A stretch of DNA of 63,395 bases, counting the filler, from an uncultured Myxococcia bacterium (GTDB lineage Bacteria > CAZTWC01), in the NCBI GenBank assembly GCA_964617105.1. It is 15 parts of 15 records of this genome, joined end to end, with 100 filler letters (N's around TTAATTAATTAA, not from the genome) between each part and the next. Parts side by side here need not be neighbours in the genome. Positions count along the whole stretch, not along the records: positions 59,333 to 63,395 come from CAZTWC010000329.1; 14 more parts are not named here. One strand, written 5' to 3'. Position numbers and translations under genes: made by a program. The notes beneath the pieces were generated by a model that saw only the letters and a program-made list of their open reading frames with translations, had not been told where the DNA came from and did not search any database. Below are positions 61,071 to 63,395 of the stretch, one piece after another; within the stretch, counting starts at the first letter, position 1; each line of letters starts with the position of its first letter.

Positions 61071-63395
61071 TTAGCGGTTGGTCAATTTCTGGAGACAATT
61101 TTTGTAGGTCTCGGTATCTTGCCAACTGCAACTTCCATTGGTTTCTTTGCATTCCCGGTATTGGTAGCAGTAGTATTCCTTTTTATACATACAAGTGGAC
61201 ATCATCGGTTTATCAGCGCAAAGTTCCTTGGAGCAACCGGTGCGCATACACTTGGGGGGCGCCAGTACACAGACACCTGCTTCGCCCTGGCACTTAGTGC
61301 TGTCACTGCATTTGGGTAATTCGCAGATATAGCCCTGTTTACACTCACTGTCGCTTTTGCAGCCACTATAGTTTTTGCAGGTGCCATAATAGTCTAACTC
61401 AATGCCGGCGTACTTTAGAGAGCAGGGGTTGGGATAGGTTTTACCATCTTTTCCACATACCGGCCTATACTCCCGGGTGCAGTAGCGCACCTGTTTTTCG
61501 CAATTGCCGTTTCGGCAGATATATCCGGTCTGACAATCCTGGTTGGTGTTGCATTTATTCAGATCTGCCCGGCATTTTTTGTAATCCTCGGTATAATCCC
61601 AGGCGCAATAACCCTGTTGGTTGCGCATACAATTGGCCTTGGCATAGCAAGCATATTCTGGCAGGGGTTGGCAGGTTAACTTGATCTCCCGGTCGGAGCA
61701 GATATTGCCGCAGCCGGTAGGTTTACACTCTGGTTTTTGCTTCAGGTCATCCAGGCATTTTTTAAAATCGGGAGTCACGCTCCAACCACACTTACCATCG
61801 GTTTTAACCTGGCATTTACTAAGCCGCAAGCACTTATACTCCGGTAGATACTGGCAGGTAGTCATAATCTTTTTCTCTGAGCAGATTTCGGAGTTACAGC
61901 CACTGACCAGGCATTGGCGCACACATCTACCCGGCACTCCCACGCAGCGGGTATCGGTGCTGGTATTGCTATTATCCGAGTCTGTAGTTGATGAACTTGC
62001 CGAACCACAGCGGGGCATCTCACACCTGAATCCAGTGGGGCAGGGATTATTTTCATGACATATTTGGCCTCCTGCCTCGGAAAAGCACTGATCTTTATAG
62101 CAGGCAAATCCCTTGGGACAGTCTACATTTTGGTAAGTGTCGCACTTGATCTCCTTAGGAAGCAGGCATTTGCCAGCAGTGATACCTGTATTAGTCGGCA
62201 GATTGATGCAGAAGTAGCCGGGCTGGCATTCACTGTTTTGACTACAGCCGGTCTGGTTTGGCCGCTCTACGCACTTACTGTAGCCGGCCGCATCACGGAG
62301 GCAATAGTGGGTAGAGGGGCAGGGTTTATTTTGGTCGCATTCCAGCACTGGTTTTTTAATGCATTTACCAAAACAGTCGCTGCAATTGGCATCGTCATAT
62401 TTACAGGTGTAACCTTCAGGGCATCTTTTGCCAGTTAATCCACCGCACTTGATCTCTTCTGGTTCGCGGCACTTGCAAACGGGGCAATTATTGCTGTCCG
62501 TAACATAGCCATAGCGGCAGTATAGGGTGCAGGCAATCTCCGGGCATTTAGGCTTGGGGTTACACTCACAGATTTCGCATCCGCGGGCATCCTTTTTAAA
62601 ACCGTACTGGCAGTACATCTTACAGGTAATCTCCGGACAATTAGAAGGAGGCTCATTGCACTTGCAGGTTGAACAACCGTCTGCATCCTTAACATATCCG
62701 TGAGGACAGTAGAGATCGCATTGAGGCGGACAGGGTTTTTTGGGGTAGCAAACCCCATCGGGGTCTGGGTAAGAGAAGGGAGAAATACACTCAAAACCCT
62801 CAGGGCATTTTATTTGATTAGCCCCGCCACATTTAATCTCTTTGGCGCATTTGCCTGGGCAGCCAGGGCAGTTGAATGGAGTATGACAAACATAACCTGA
62901 AGCACATTTCTGCCCGGTATTGCCTCCACATTCATCACTTCCTTTGGGTACACAACGACCGCCGGCGTCAGGATGGTTATTGTCCAGCACACACTCCATG
63001 CCGGTAGGACACTGGATGCCGGCAATACCGCCGCAAAAAGCGCCGCCATTGGGGTCTGGGATACATACACCACAGCATTTATCGGGTGGCACCTGGTAAA
63101 GATACCCGGAAGCACATTTTCTCTCCTGGCAATCAACCAAACCACAGTCCATCCGGCAGAGTCCCCAGCCGTTTAGCATGTTAGTTATCTTTTTACAGGT
63201 CATTCCCTTTTCGCATTCTTTGTTGTCAGGCCCGCCGCAGAGTTTTTCTTTGTCCGGTTCGCAGATTGGACAACATTTACCCTGGGGAATTTTCGGAGTA
63301 AATCCTGGTGCACAGGCAACTGATTTACAACGCACTAATTTGCAATCCAAGGGACAGGGACCAGGTTTGAAAATAACTTTGGCACATTTGGCTTC
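61071..63395 (-). CDS. Large cysteine-rich modular protein (VWC-like, antistasin-like, Kazal, Cys-cluster repeats), 5'-partial
   Basis: CPEITCKMYCQYGFKKDARGCEICEC-type x3; CTREYRPVCGKDGKTYPNPC; GCxxxIC..TC...EY.C...C..G.C.W x3; CGG....CP.G..C repeats. Confidence 0.85.
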   Translation of the reverse strand, partial: EAKCAKVIFKPGPCPLDCKLVRCKSVACAPGFTPKIPQGKCCPICEPDKEKLCGGPDNKECEKGMTCKKITNMLNGWGLCRMDCGLVDCQERKCASGYLYQVPPDKCCGVCIPDPNGGAFCGGIAGIQCPTGMECVLDNNHPDAGGRCVPKGSDECGGNTGQKCASGYVCHTPFNCPGCPGKCAKEIKCGGANQIKCPEGFECISPFSYPDPDGVCYPKKPCPPQCDLYCPHGYVKDADGCSTCKCNEPPSNCPEITCKMYCQYGFKKDARGCEICECNPKPKCPEIACTLYCRYGYVTDSNNCPVCKCREPEEIKCGGLTGKRCPEGYTCKYDDANCSDCFGKCIKKPVLECDQNKPCPSTHYCLRDAAGYSKCVERPNQTGCSQNSECQPGYFCINLPTNTGITAGKCLLPKEIKCDTYQNVDCPKGFACYKDQCFSEAGGQICHENNPCPTGFRCEMPRCGSASSSTTDSDNSNTSTDTRCVGVPGRCVRQCLVSGCNSEICSEKKIMTTCQYLPEYKCLRLSKCQVKTDGKCGWSVTPDFKKCLDDLKQKPECKPTGCGNICSDREIKLTCQPLPEYACYAKANCMRNQQGYCAWDYTEDYKKCRADLNKCNTNQDCQTGYICRNGNCEKQVRYCTREYRPVCGKDGKTYPNPCSLKYAGIELDYYGTCKNYSGCKSDSECKQGYICELPKCSDSTKCQGEAGVCVLAPPKCMRTGCSKELCADKPMMSTCMYKKEYYCYQYRECKETNGSCSWQDTETYKNCLQKLTNR

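Overview
This window is not one locus. It is 15 short contigs of about 4.06-4.23 kb, sorted by decreasing length and joined by 14 artificial 100-bp linkers (N-run, TTAATTAATTAA, N-run). Contig bounds: 1-4231, 4332-8560, 8661-12854, 12955-17147, 17248-21421, 21522-25658, 25759-29891, 29992-34108, 34209-38320, 38421-42531, 42632-46710, 46811-50889, 50990-55067, 55168-59232, 59333-63395. Gene adjacency is meaningful only within a contig. The content suggests a fragmented metagenome bin of a deltaproteobacterial/Myxococcota-like organism (inference from an SgmX-like TPR protein, a che cluster and 7TM-DISM kinases). Core genes: dxs, ispA, rarA, pssA start, tRNA-Ala(GGC), cheA/W/W/R and a SWIM-SNF2 pair. 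Mobile content: IS630, two decayed DDE elements sharing a right end, an AEP primase-helicase with XRE/ImmA, and two paralogous satellite-like elements carrying Phd/Doc and RelBE. Most unusual observations: (1) two paralogous hybrid kinase-adenylate cyclases with a receiver-like domain inserted inside the ATPase domain; (2) a secreted HU-HU-DUF4157-like chimera, on the same contig as a lipoprotein carrying a normally signal-less domain; (3) a GGT operon with a tandem inactive/active YbdK pair; (4) a satellite-like family with iteron origin and toxin-antitoxin slots; (5) cheA broken by one in-frame TAA; (6) a large antistasin/Kazal-like cysteine-rich mosaic. All family assignments come from motif recognition, not database searches.
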